Source: an uncultured archaeon
Lineage (GTDB): Archaea; Asgardarchaeota; Jordiarchaeia; Jordiarchaeales; Jordiarchaeaceae
Reading direction: 5' to 3'
NCBI GenBank assembly: GCA_964510585.1
Contig: CAZECW010000004.1
Span: 3,606 to 67,605, forward strand
DNA length: 64,000 nt
The notes beneath the pieces are model-generated. The model was not told where the DNA came from. It made no database searches and saw only the letters and a list, made by a program, of their open reading frames with translations. Position numbers and translations under genes: made by a program. Within the stretch, counting starts at the first letter, position 1. Every line of letters begins with the position of its first letter. Positions 18,385 through 28,568 of the stretch are shown here, in pieces.

Positions 18385-19503
18385 ATGGATACTGAAGAAA
18401 AGGTTCAGCGTGTCTTACGTGGCTTGAGTGAAGTTATCACTGTCGAGGATCTACGGAATTTATTTGAGGTAGACAACCACCCTAAGGCTTACATAGGTGT
18501 TGAGCCTTCTGGATAAACCTTTTAGGCTTTCTAGGGTTCCAGAATATTTCATTTGGGCTGGGTGGTTTGGGCTTGGAAGGTTCAGGATTTGATTCTTTGC
18601 GATGTGGATATGCATGTTCTCGAAGCAACTTGGCATGCGAAGATTAACGACAAATTTGGTGGAAACATGAATACCATACACACCTGTGCAAAGTACATTG
18701 AACACTGTTTACAAGCGTTGGGTGTAGATATTAGCAGGGTTCATTTTCCAAAGGCTGAGGATCTTATGGATAGTTTGGATTATTGGGCGACAGTGATAAA
18801 CATTGCTAAAAACACTACGCTGGCCCGCATTAAGAGAGCTATGAGCATAATGGGCCGCAAAGTAGATGATGCGGAATCTGATTATTCAAAAACACTTTAT
18901 CCTTGCATACAGGTAGCTGACATCTTATACGCCGGTTTTAAGCTGTGTCTGGGCGGAACCGACCAGAGAAGAGCTCACATATTGGCGAGGGAGTTGGCTC
19001 CTAAGTTCGGCTTGGATTGGAAGCCGGTAGCTATTCACACACCTCTCCTCATAGGCCTAGAGGGATTATCAAGGATGGAGTTTGAGGATATGAGCGAGGA
19101 TGTTTTAATGGAGGCCAAGATGTCGAAATCCAAACCTCAAACAGCAATTTTTATACATGATAAGCCAGAGGAAATTAGGAGTAAAATTTCTGCTGCTTTT
19201 TGCCCACCGAAACAGGTAGAATTCAATCCAATAATGGAAATAAATAGGCTTCTTCTCTTTTCCAGAGAAGGTTTTACTCTTCATGTAGAACGTGAGGAAA
19301 AATTTGGAGGAGATATAGATTTTGAGAGCTTTGATGAATTGAAATCTGCTTACAGCGCCGGTAATCTTCATCCTCTGGACTTGAAACGGGCTACTGCGGA
19401 GGCCCTCATTGAACTGTTGAAAAATGTTAGGCAACATTTTGAAAAGAATAGTGAAGCCCGTAACCTTTTGGAAACATTAAAAAAGGCTACAGTAACCCGG
19501 TGA
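18385..19503 (+). CDS. tyrS: Tyrosyl-tRNA synthetase (archaeal/eukaryal type), interrupted after the EPSG motif by a 30-nt insertion carrying three in-frame stops (TAA, TAG, TAG).
   Basis: The N-terminus (…AYIGVEPSG) and the downstream ORF (…HLGW…KMSKS…) are in the same frame and colinear with M. jannaschii TyrRS. 10 extra codons sit between EPSG and HLG. Confidence 0.8.
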
Positions 19504-19611
19504 CAAACTTTATCGCGTAGAAGTGTAAGAAAACTTTATTTTGTTCGGCTTTTAACATTGTGTTCAAGAGAGTTTGTCATTTGTTTTCCTTTGCTGATTG
19601 GATGGCTGATT

Positions 19612-20037
19612 ATGCCCTGTAACAATTTGCATGAAGAATTGGAACAGTTTATATCAAAGCTTAGAACAATCTCTGAAAACGGTACCCCCATTATTGTGGA
19701 GGGCTATAAGGATGAGAGAAGCTTAAGAGAACTAGGGGTTCGAGGAATAATTCTTAGATTATCTGGAAGAAAACTCATAGAAGTCGCTGAAGAACTTGCC
19801 AATTATGAGGATTTCCTGATTCTAACCGACTTTGATCGCAAAGGACAAGATATGGCGCTGCGCCTCTTGAAGTATCTAGATCACCACAAGGCAGAGTTAA
19901 CGCTGAGTTTCAGGAGAAGATTTAAAAATTTAACCTCAAAAGTCACCTGCGCCATAGAAGGATTAGCATCCTCATATTTCACTCTTCAAAACCAAAACAA
20001 TAAAAACATGGAATTCAAAGTTGAAAAATTCTTTTAA
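19612..20037 (+). CDS. Small standalone Toprim-domain protein.
   Basis: IIVEGYKDERSL…ILTDFDRKGQ gives a conserved E plus DxD Toprim signature. About 140 aa. Lies immediately upstream of dnaG. Confidence 0.5.
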   Translation: MPCNNLHEELEQFISKLRTISENGTPIIVEGYKDERSLRELGVRGIILRLSGRKLIEVAEELANYEDFLILTDFDRKGQDMALRLLKYLDHHKAELTLSFRRRFKNLTSKVTCAIEGLASSYFTLQNQNNKNMEFKVEKFF

Positions 20038-20196
20038 TGACAAATGGGAGAAAGACATAATTATATCCGAAAGTACGTTAATGTTGAAAATGGTACGTCA
20101 TTATGTTAAAGCTTAATTAAATAAACAATCACTCTTACAAAATTTCAATCATAACACACTTTTATTACCTTATTTCATTATGGAGGTGACGCTTAT

Positions 20197-21435
20197 ATGG
20201 TTAATCGAAATGAGTTTAGCACAACAAAGTACATTATAAAAGCTAAAATAGAAGTAGACGGAGTTGTTGAAAAACCAGACGTTGTGGGAGCAATATTTGG
20301 ACAAACCGAGGGGTTGCTGGGCTCTGAACTTGACCTGCGTGAGCTACAGAGAACTGGGCGAATAGGGAGAATAAAAGTTACAATAGAGTCCCATGGAGGC
20401 AAATCAACGGGAACGGTAATAATTCCCTCAAGCCTTGACAAAGTAGAAACTGCAATGCTAGCAGCTGCTGTGGAATCCGTCGACAGAGTAGGACCATGCA
20501 CTGCTCATGCAACCTTAGAGATAATCGAAGATGTACGAGAGGTTAAAAGAAGAAAGATAGTTCAGAGAGCAGCAGATATTATAAGAAAATGGTCCGAAGA
20601 AGTGTCGCCTGAAAGTCAACAACTCACAGACGAGGTTTTGGATGCAGTTCGAGTAGCTGAAATCACTAAGTACGGTCCTGAAGAACTACCAGCGGGACCA
20701 GCCATAGACAGCTCTGACGATATAATAATAGTTGAAGGGCGGGCGGATGTTCTTAATCTTTTGAGATGCGGCTACAAGAACGTTATAGCGATGGAAGGAA
20801 CAAGTATACCAAAGACTATAATCGATCTTAGCAAGAAAAAAACGATCACGGCCTTTCTAGATGGGGATAGGGGAGGAGACCTGATTTTGAAGGAATTACA
20901 GCAAGTAGCGGATATAGATTATGTGGCCCGCGCCCCTCCAGGAAGGGAAGTTGAAGAACTCACCCAAAAGGAAGTGGTTAAGGCTCTGAGAAACAGACTG
21001 CCTGTAGAGCAATTAGAAGCGGAAGAACCCAAAAAGAAGGAGAAGGAAAAGGAGAAAAGAAAAGAGCAGGAAAAAGAAGAGAAAAAGGAAAGAGGGTGGG
21101 AAGAAAAAAAACCCAAAAGGACTGAAATTCCTCCCAAAATTAAGCTTCCAGAACAGATTCTAAACTACCTGCCTAACATAAAAGCCTCAAATAAGGCTAT
21201 ACTTTTAGGGAAAAACTTGGAATTAATGGAGGAAATGGATGTATCTTCGTTGGCAGAGCGCCTGAAAGAAGTGGGCTCGGTTAGAGTTATCATTTTTGAT
21301 GGAATTATTACTCAGAGGTTGGTAGACCTAGCTCAGGATAAAGGGGTGGAGTATATTTTAGGGGTAAGACAAGAGAATGTTACAAAGAAACCCTTAAATC
21401 TAAAGATTGTAGAGTTCAACGAGGTAATAACTTAA
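20197..21435 (+). CDS. dnaG: Archaeal DnaG-type primase (exosome-associated), with a lysine/glutamate-rich low-complexity insert.
   Basis: N-terminal archaeal-DnaG signature [32 protein letters not shown]. Toprim [14 protein letters not shown]…[27 protein letters not shown] insert near 21000-21130. Confidence 0.85.
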   Translation: MVNRNEFSTTKYIIKAKIEVDGVVEKPDVVGAIFGQTEGLLGSELDLRELQRTGRIGRIKVTIESHGGKSTGTVIIPSSLDKVETAMLAAAVESVDRVGPCTAHATLEIIEDVREVKRRKIVQRAADIIRKWSEEVSPESQQLTDEVLDAVRVAEITKYGPEELPAGPAIDSSDDIIIVEGRADVLNLLRCGYKNVIAMEGTSIPKTIIDLSKKKTITAFLDGDRGGDLILKELQQVADIDYVARAPPGREVEELTQKEVVKALRNRLPVEQLEAEEPKKKEKEKEKRKEQEKEEKKERGWEEKKPKRTEIPPKIKLPEQILNYLPNIKASNKAILLGKNLELMEEMDVSSLAERLKEVGSVRVIIFDGIITQRLVDLAQDKGVEYILGVRQENVTKKPLNLKIVEFNEVIT

Positions 21436-21474
21436 AAATTTGGACCCAGTTAGAAACTGTAGGGTGAGAAATTT

Positions 21475-22596
21475 TTGAAGGAAAAAAGTGAAAAGATTCG
21501 ACATATTTCTACTTCCGTTCGTGAAGAGCCTTTAAAAAAGAAGGAACGAATGCAATATCTTTCCGTGGTGGAGCTGCAGCCATCAGGTTTTCCTTTCCGG
21601 CTTGTGGGAGAGGAGCCCCCTATAGCCTTATTGACCGACGACGCTGAACTGTTCCAAGCGTATGCTAGGGAACAGTGGGCTGGTATTTGTGTTAAGAAGG
21701 GGGATTACCTATTTGACCAACTAGTTTTCCCAGATTTCGCCTTTAAAGTTTCCGACGCTCAGCCAGCTCGGGGAAGAATAGGTTTTTCCACACGTTTCAT
21801 TCTTAAGAGGAAACCCTTCAGTGAGGAGAAGAGACCGTCAATTCGTTTTTCAGATGTTATAGGTCAAAACGAAGCCAAAAGCAAGTGTCTGATAATCAAA
21901 AAATACTTGGAAAATCCGAAAGCTTTTGGAGACTGGGCGCCGAGAAACATTCTTTTCTATGGGCCTCCAGGAACGGGGAAAACAATGCTGGCTCAAGCAC
22001 TGGCTAACGAAACAAATGCACCCTTCTATTTAATTAAATCCACAGATTTGATAGGAGTTAATGTTGGTGACGCTTCAAGAAGAATACACTCTGTTTTCAA
22101 AATAGCATCAGACAATGCGCCTAGCGTCATATACCTCGACGAAATTGACGCTATAGGGTTAGACCGCAGCTTCCAAAACATAAGAGGGGACGTATCAGAG
22201 GTAGTTAATGCTTTGTTGGGGGAGCTGGATGGATTAACCGCGAATTTTGGCGTAGTATGTATAGGAGCTACAAATAATCCAGTCATGTTAGATAAGGGGA
22301 TCAGAAGCAGATTCGAAGAAGAAATCGAGTTCAAACTTCCCAACGCTGAAGAACGGGAACAAATCCTTAGACTCTACATATCAAAAATGCCTTTGCCGGT
22401 AAAGGCAGACATTAAAAAGATAGTTAGAAACACTGAAGGCTTCTCTGGTAGAGACCTTAAAGATAAAATCCTTAAAGCAGCGCTCCACAAAGCCATACTT
22501 CAAGAGGAAAAATGTGTAACACAAGACATAATAGACGCCATACTTAAACAACTCAATGACAAGTCGCCAAAAGAAAAACCCAAAATGTTCACTTAA
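21475..22596 (+). CDS. AAA+ ATPase with an N-terminal CDC48/VAT-N-like domain and a single AAA module.
   Basis: Walker A GPPGTGKT, Walker B IYLDEIDA, and the second region of homology. The N-terminal about 110 aa resemble a double-psi barrel N-domain. Confidence 0.75.
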   Translation: MKEKSEKIRHISTSVREEPLKKKERMQYLSVVELQPSGFPFRLVGEEPPIALLTDDAELFQAYAREQWAGICVKKGDYLFDQLVFPDFAFKVSDAQPARGRIGFSTRFILKRKPFSEEKRPSIRFSDVIGQNEAKSKCLIIKKYLENPKAFGDWAPRNILFYGPPGTGKTMLAQALANETNAPFYLIKSTDLIGVNVGDASRRIHSVFKIASDNAPSVIYLDEIDAIGLDRSFQNIRGDVSEVVNALLGELDGLTANFGVVCIGATNNPVMLDKGIRSRFEEEIEFKLPNAEEREQILRLYISKMPLPVKADIKKIVRNTEGFSGRDLKDKILKAALHKAILQEEKCVTQDIIDAILKQLNDKSPKEKPKMFT

Positions 22597-22652
22597 ATAT
22601 TTAAATTGTTAAACCCCAAAAGGTCTATAAACTGTTTTCTACAGGTTAACAG

Positions 22653-23204
22653 GTGCAAGCCTTGAAAATCATCGGCCTTGTGGGAATGCCGGGCAGTGGA
22701 AAAACATTAGCAGTAAATGTAGCAAAAAGCTTGGGTATACCTGTAATATCAATGGGAGACATGGTTCGGGAGGAGGTAAAATCAAGGGGCCTAGAAGAAA
22801 CACCTGAAAACGTAGGCTATGTATCTAAGGATTTGAGGGAAAAGGAAGGCCCCCAAGCTGTTGCCCAAAGGACACTCGCCAAAATTAAGAAGGAGAAGGC
22901 CCCCGTGATTCTTGTTGAGGGAATTAGAAGCCTCCAGGAGATAGAGTTATTCAAGACATTCACTTCCGACTTCACACTAATCGCTATACATTCATCGCCC
23001 AAAACCCGTTACCGACGTTTAATTGAAAGAGGGCGGTCGGATGATGCCAAGGATATCAGAATCTTTCAGGAAAGAGACCTCAGAGAAATAAATTATGGAA
23101 TAGGATCGGCAATCGCTCTTGCAGATTACATGATAGTAAACGAGGGCAGCGAATCAGAACTGATGAGAAAAGTTCAAACAATTCTAGAGGAGATAATGCA
23201 ATGA
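22653..23204 (+). CDS. P-loop nucleotide kinase, UPF0200 family (archaeal dephospho-CoA-kinase-like).
   Basis: GMPGSGKT P-loop, about 180 aa. Forms the conserved UPF0200/UPF0201 gene pair. Confidence 0.55.
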   Translation: MQALKIIGLVGMPGSGKTLAVNVAKSLGIPVISMGDMVREEVKSRGLEETPENVGYVSKDLREKEGPQAVAQRTLAKIKKEKAPVILVEGIRSLQEIELFKTFTSDFTLIAIHSSPKTRYRRLIERGRSDDAKDIRIFQERDLREINYGIGSAIALADYMIVNEGSESELMRKVQTILEEIMQ

Positions 23205-23632
23205 TAGAATTGGAAATCGAGACCCCAGTATACCCCACTGAGAGTAGAGACAAGGTGGAAAAAGCTCTAAAATCCGTCGTGGACACAACCTACACTTTTT
23301 CAGAAGGTGTTGGAGTGAAGTTTCTTCACGGCAAAGCTCAAGGTCTGGAGGGACTTGTGAAACTTCATCAACGCCTAAGGGAGCAACTCATAGTTGAATC
23401 GGCAAGAAAAATTTTGGTAAGAAACATAGTTGGAAATACAGTAACATTCTACCTACACAAACAGGCAGCCTTTATGGGAAAAATACACTTCTGCCAACCA
23501 GAATCGGAATCCCCGATGGGGGCCATAAAAATAACAATAACAAGCAACAACATAGGGGAACTTGTGGACTGGCTTGCGCCAAAAACTGTTGAGGGTAAGC
23601 CTTTAGAGAGGCCTCCACCAACAGACTGTTAA
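23201..23632 (+). CDS. UPF0201-family protein, the conserved partner of UPF0200.
   Basis: 143 aa. Start overlaps the upstream stop (ATGA). Family assignment rests on size, position and general similarity. Confidence 0.45.
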   Translation: MIELEIETPVYPTESRDKVEKALKSVVDTTYTFSEGVGVKFLHGKAQGLEGLVKLHQRLREQLIVESARKILVRNIVGNTVTFYLHKQAAFMGKIHFCQPESESPMGAIKITITSNNIGELVDWLAPKTVEGKPLERPPPTDC

Positions 23633-23649
23633 AAAGGGAAGAAATAAAA

Positions 23650-24456
23650 GTGGTAGGCATAAAACTAGGCGTCTCAACTATGCCCTTTATAAAAAGTCAC
23701 TTCGACGAAATTGTGAAAACAATTGAAAACATTCCAGAAAATTTAGAATTGGACTGTTGTGAAATCATTGAGGAGGGGTTTCATTTTTTAAACTCAGAAC
23801 GAATAAAAATGCTAAAGAATGCCGCTTCAACATCCAAAATAAGTTATACAGTCCACGCTCCCTTCGCAGGGATCAATTTGGCTTCGCCAGAGCCTCTCCA
23901 ATCGGTTCTGCTAGATTTCATGGATAAGTCACTTGAAAGGAGCTACACCTTAGAGGCTGAAATATTTATAGTGCATCCGGGGCTGCTTTCACCCTTCACG
24001 ATTCACTTCCCCGAATTAGCTTGGCATAGCCTAAAAAACGCAATAAGGCACCTATGTAAGCTTTCAGACGCTTTGGGCTCTCCTAAAATTGCAGTTGAAA
24101 ATATGGCGCCACCCTATCCTTTTCTGGTTTCTCAAAGTCAAGATGTAGAGAGGCTGTTTCAAGAACTTGAAGATTGTGAATTTGGTTTGTGCTTGGACAT
24201 TGGACACGCTCAAAAATCAGGGGGAGTGAAAACCTTTCTTAAGCATGTGGAACAGTACGTAACACATGTGCATGCTCATGATAACATTGGGGATAAGGAT
24301 GCTCACCTGCAAGTTGGAAAGGGAACCGTTGATTGGAAATACGTTGTCAGCACGCTTAAAAAACTAAATTTTAGAGGATACATTGTTGTTGAGAATACTA
24401 CCTTAGACGATGCTTACGATAGTATACGCTTTTTAAAAACAATTATTAACCGCTAG
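23650..24456 (+). CDS. Xylose-isomerase-like TIM-barrel protein, AP endonuclease family 2 (endonuclease IV-like).
   Basis: Motifs are spaced as in Endo IV: HAPFAGINLASPEP, IVHPG, VENMA, GLCLDIGHA. Confidence 0.55.
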   Translation: MVGIKLGVSTMPFIKSHFDEIVKTIENIPENLELDCCEIIEEGFHFLNSERIKMLKNAASTSKISYTVHAPFAGINLASPEPLQSVLLDFMDKSLERSYTLEAEIFIVHPGLLSPFTIHFPELAWHSLKNAIRHLCKLSDALGSPKIAVENMAPPYPFLVSQSQDVERLFQELEDCEFGLCLDIGHAQKSGGVKTFLKHVEQYVTHVHAHDNIGDKDAHLQVGKGTVDWKYVVSTLKKLNFRGYIVVENTTLDDAYDSIRFLKTIINR

Positions 24457-24468
24457 GTTTTCTCGGTA

Positions 24469-25371
24469 CTAGTCCAAAACTATCTCCATAAGGTCTTCTC
24501 CCAAGATGCTGTTGTGAAAAACTTTTTTAGCTTGTTCCAAAAGTTCGTTGGAGTTTTTGTATCTTGAACTTATATGGGTGAGAATCAATTTTTGCACCCC
24601 CGCTTCTTTAGCCACTTTTGCGGCTTGGGTGGTTGTGGAGTGCTTTGTCTCTACTGCCTTTTCTTCTAAGTCTTCTCCATAAGTGCTATCGTGTATTAGG
24701 ATAGTGGCGCCTCTACTTATTCGTTTAACTGAGTCGCAGGGGGGAGTATCTCCTGAATAAACGATTTTTCTTCCAGGTCTTGGAGGATCCACCACTTGGT
24801 TTGGCTCTATCCTTCTCCCATCTGGGAGTGTAACTTTTTCACCATATTGTAATTTTTTCCATAGGGGGCCCATAGGTATTCCTAAAGCTCTAGCTTTTTC
24901 AGGATGGAATTTACCTGGCCTATCCTTTTCGATAAAGGCAAAGGCAAAAGAATTGTTGTGCTCTGTTTTGGCACATTCAACCGTGTAGAGGCTCGTCTCA
25001 CATACTACCCCCTCAGTAACCTCTTTAATATGCACGTTAAATGTGAGAGTAAATTCCACTGTCGTCTTTATGGCTTTAACGAAATCAGCAATGCCTTTTG
25101 GACCAAATATGTGGAGGGGTTTCTCCCGATTCATGAGCGAAAGTGTTTGCAATATTCCGGGGATACCCATTATATGGTCTCCGTGAAGGTGGGTGATAAA
25201 AATTTTGTTAATTCTGCTCACACTTAAATTTGCCTTCTCCATCTGTCTTTGTGTTCCCTCCGCACAGTCGAACAAAATAATTTCTCTATTTATTTTTACG
25301 GCGATTGCCGGAAGGTTTCTATCAGCAGTAGGCATTCCGCCAGAAGTTCCCAGCAATATGATTTTCAGCAA
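24469..25371 (-). CDS. rnz: Ribonuclease Z (tRNA 3'-processing endonuclease, metallo-beta-lactamase fold).
   Basis: LGTSGGMP N-terminus. HxHxDH motif ITHLHGDHIMG. About 300 aa. Confidence 0.85.
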   Translation of the reverse strand: MLKIILLGTSGGMPTADRNLPAIAVKINREIILFDCAEGTQRQMEKANLSVSRINKIFITHLHGDHIMGIPGILQTLSLMNREKPLHIFGPKGIADFVKAIKTTVEFTLTFNVHIKEVTEGVVCETSLYTVECAKTEHNNSFAFAFIEKDRPGKFHPEKARALGIPMGPLWKKLQYGEKVTLPDGRRIEPNQVVDPPRPGRKIVYSGDTPPCDSVKRISRGATILIHDSTYGEDLEEKAVETKHSTTTQAAKVAKEAGVQKLILTHISSRYKNSNELLEQAKKVFHNSILGEDLMEIVLD

Positions 25372-25374
25372 CTT

Positions 25375-26406
25375 TCATTTCCTCAGCACTATAATTTGGC
25401 GTGTTAAACTCTTGTGTACCGGTATCAAATGTTTTTCTATTATTCGAAAACTTGTTCCCAAAATAGATTCGTCAACATTGACTGTTAAGGGGGTGCCCAT
25501 ACAGATGTATCCTGCTGAACTAGATAGTTTATCTAATTCCTGTAAGAAGAATTCAATTAGTTTTTCGGGGCGGACGCCTTTGGTGGAGGCCGATCCTCCG
25601 TAGGGTGGATCCGTTGCTATGCTGTCAAATTGGTTGAGGGGGAGGTGTTTGGCGTCTGAAAGTATAATGTTCCAGTTGACTATGTTGAAGTGTAGGAGAT
25701 TCCTTTTTGCACCTTTAACCATTTTTTTGTCTATGTCGGAACCTATGGTTTTGCAACCCATGAGGCCCGCCTCAATTAGAAGACCTCCTGCTCCACAGAA
25801 TGGATCCAAGAAGACTCCTTTGGGTCGAGCTCGAGAGAGATTAACCATAGCTCTGGCGAGATGGGGATTCATGGAACTGGGAATAAAAAAAGGCCTGAAT
25901 TTTGCCTTCCTGAGACCTAAAGCTTTCCTTTCGGATTCCCTGACACTTATCCCAAACAGGAATATGTCTTCCGTTAAAACGCCATAAAATAACTTGTCAG
26001 GATTTTCAAGATTGGCCCTTGCCCCCACCCTCCTATGAATGAGGGCGCCAATTTCTTTTTCTAAAAGAAGTGAGCTCACTTCCGGTGAATAATTTTTTAT
26101 GCGTTTCACTCTAACGGCAAAGGTTTCTTTGGCTGAGATGTGTTTCTGAAAATCTACGTCTCGAAGTGAAGCCATTATCTGGTTGAAGTCTGCTTCACAT
26201 TTAAGCAGTGAAATGCAGCATCTATGAACCATTGCGGCACGCTCAGCTATTCTTTGGCAACTCTCCTCCTCTGCTTTCAAAAGTAGTACTTGGTCATATT
26301 TTTCTGCTTTGTAGTCCATGTTCAGGCTTTCAAGGATTGCTAAGCACTCAGCAGCAGCTATTGTTTTGGTTTCTCCAGATAGAATGTAAAAATGGTTTTT
26401 AATCAC
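25375..26406 (-). CDS. THUMP-domain tRNA (guanine-N2)-methyltransferase (Trm11/TrmG10-like).
   Basis: N-terminal ferredoxin-like/THUMP region. SAM-binding motif DPFCGAGGLLIEAG. Catalytic DPPYG. Confidence 0.7.
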   Translation of the reverse strand: MIKNHFYILSGETKTIAAAECLAILESLNMDYKAEKYDQVLLLKAEEESCQRIAERAAMVHRCCISLLKCEADFNQIMASLRDVDFQKHISAKETFAVRVKRIKNYSPEVSSLLLEKEIGALIHRRVGARANLENPDKLFYGVLTEDIFLFGISVRESERKALGLRKAKFRPFFIPSSMNPHLARAMVNLSRARPKGVFLDPFCGAGGLLIEAGLMGCKTIGSDIDKKMVKGAKRNLLHFNIVNWNIILSDAKHLPLNQFDSIATDPPYGGSASTKGVRPEKLIEFFLQELDKLSSSAGYICMGTPLTVNVDESILGTSFRIIEKHLIPVHKSLTRQIIVLRK

Positions 26407-27290
26407 TCTTTTAACGCCTCAGCGATAATAGGAGCTACGGACACTAAGCTAACATCGCTAGGAACTGTGTCGGTTGCAATTATTTCAGTTACTCCTGCAT
26501 TAAGAATCCTAAACCGGGAGTCCCCCACCAAGATGGCGTGAGTGCATGCGGCATAAATTTTAGCGGCGCCTTGATTTTTGGCAATTTCGATGGCTTTAAC
26601 CATGGTTCCGCCAGTACTGATAATGTCATCCACTACGACCACATCGCGGTTGATGACATCAATTTCTCTACTCTTGGTTTCGATTTCACCTGTGTGTTTA
26701 TCTCTAAACTTGCTGAGAACCACATATTCAGCGCCTAAAAATTCTGCAAGACTTTTAGCCCTATTCATAGCTCCTTCGTCTGGGGAGATAATGACAGGTT
26801 TCGTCAGTTTATACTTGTTTAAGTATTCGCCCAGAAGGGGAATAGCGCTTAAGTCTCTTACGGGAATACTGAGATAATCAAAAAGTCTCTTGTTATGAAT
26901 ATCGACTGTTAGTATTTCGTCGGCTCCCGCATTCTGAATTATTTTACAAATTATTTTTCCACTCACCGCTTCGCCGGGAAGAAATCTTTTGTCTTGGCGG
27001 GCGTAAGCAAAATAGGGAATAACTGCGGTAACCTTTGATACACCCAATTCTTTTAGAGTTTCAATTATGAAACAGAGCTCAACTATACCTTGATCAGGGT
27101 TCGGGGGTATCGTGGATTGAACCACAATAGCGTGGCGGTTTTTTGGCTCCTCTTTAATTCTAATGTATTTCTCGCCGTCTGGGAAGGTCTTAAACTCAAT
27201 GGGAATAGCTCCACATTTTAAACATCTAGAGATACGCAGACCCAAGAGTTGCGAACTAGGACCAGGCACTACTACTTTTTCGAGCAACAT
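26403..27290 (-). CDS. prs: Ribose-phosphate pyrophosphokinase (PRPP synthetase), copy 1.
   Basis: PRPP-binding loop VVVVDDIISTGGTM, typical N-terminal domain, 295 aa. Confidence 0.9.
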   Translation of the reverse strand: MLLEKVVVPGPSSQLLGLRISRCLKCGAIPIEFKTFPDGEKYIRIKEEPKNRHAIVVQSTIPPNPDQGIVELCFIIETLKELGVSKVTAVIPYFAYARQDKRFLPGEAVSGKIICKIIQNAGADEILTVDIHNKRLFDYLSIPVRDLSAIPLLGEYLNKYKLTKPVIISPDEGAMNRAKSLAEFLGAEYVVLSKFRDKHTGEIETKSREIDVINRDVVVVDDIISTGGTMVKAIEIAKNQGAAKIYAACTHAILVGDSRFRILNAGVTEIIATDTVPSDVSLVSVAPIIAEALKE

Positions 27291-27495
27291 TCATCAACTC
27301 TTCTCTAAACACATCTACTCAATTTTCTAAAAAGCTCCGTTTAACAGGGGATAACTCACAAATATTTAAAGGCTGTTTATCTTTATTCCAGAGATATTAA
27401 AAATATTTTAGGTCAAATAAGCTCAGAAAAATATGTATATAATATCAAATTTTGAACGGCGGCAAATCTGGTTCCAATATCTTAAAAGTTAGAAA

Positions 27496-28554
27496 GTGTA
27501 TATGTATCTAGAAAAAGTTCCAATTTTGGTGAAACTTTTGCTAAAGGAAACAATGATTTACGAGAAGCTTGATAATAACATGGTAAAATGTGGGATTTGC
27601 CCCCACCGCTGTCTAATTAAACCCGGAAAGAGGGGAAAATGTAAAACAAGAGAAAACATAGATGGAGTTCTCTACTCCCTTGTTTATTCCTCAATATCTG
27701 CTATGGCTAATGACCCTATTGAGAAAAAACCTCTGTTCCACTTTTATCCAGGAAGCACCGCATTTTCTATATCAACGGTGGGATGTACTTTTCATTGCCA
27801 CCACTGCCAAAACTGGAGCATCTCTCAGGCAGAGCCCGAATCTGGCTTAACTAGAGAGTTTTCACCAGAAGAAATTGTCTCAGCAGCTAAGAAAAGTGGT
27901 AGCCGTTCTATCGCATACACCTATAATGAGCCCTTCGTTTTCTACGAATTCGTCTACGATACTGCAAAGATTGCACATAAAAACAACATAAAAAATATTC
28001 TAGTTACAAACGGGTATGCTACACCTGAGGCCATAGAAAAAATAGCTCCCCTAATAGATGCAGCAAACATTGATGTGAAAGCGATGAGCGAGGAATTTTA
28101 CAGAGAGATATGTGGGGCGCGGCTTCAACCAGTATTGGACGCCGTCCTTCTTATGAAGGAGAAGGGCATTCATATAGAAATTACTTATCTTATAATCCCT
28201 CAGAAAAATGATAGCGTAGATGAGATAAAGAAATTTGTAGAATGGGTGAAGGGCAATTTAGGACTGGATGTACCTATCCATTTCTCCAGGTTTTATCCCC
28301 ATTACAAAATGAAAAATCTTAGCCCCACCCCAGTTCAAACAGTTATCAAAGCTAGAGAAATTGGGCAAAAAGCAGGACTGCACTACGTCTACTGTGGAAA
28401 TATACCGGGAGAGGGAGAGAACACGTATTGCTATAATTGTAACCAATTAATAGTTGGACGATGGGGATACGTAATAGAGGAGTACAAACTTGCCAAAGGC
28501 AATACGTGTCCAAACTGCGGAGCGAAGATAAACATAATTGGAGAATGGGAATAG
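27496..28554 (+). CDS. Radical SAM enzyme, AmmeMemoRadiSam/PflX-like, with a C-terminal zinc ribbon.
   Basis: KCGICPHRC…DPIEKKPLFHFYPGS…GCTFHCHHCQNWSIS gives the CxxxCxxC cluster. C-terminal CYNCN…CPNCG. Confidence 0.75.
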   Translation: MYMYLEKVPILVKLLLKETMIYEKLDNNMVKCGICPHRCLIKPGKRGKCKTRENIDGVLYSLVYSSISAMANDPIEKKPLFHFYPGSTAFSISTVGCTFHCHHCQNWSISQAEPESGLTREFSPEEIVSAAKKSGSRSIAYTYNEPFVFYEFVYDTAKIAHKNNIKNILVTNGYATPEAIEKIAPLIDAANIDVKAMSEEFYREICGARLQPVLDAVLLMKEKGIHIEITYLIIPQKNDSVDEIKKFVEWVKGNLGLDVPIHFSRFYPHYKMKNLSPTPVQTVIKAREIGQKAGLHYVYCGNIPGEGENTYCYNCNQLIVGRWGYVIEEYKLAKGNTCPNCGAKINIIGEWE

Positions 28555-28568
28555 TTCCCCCCAAATGT

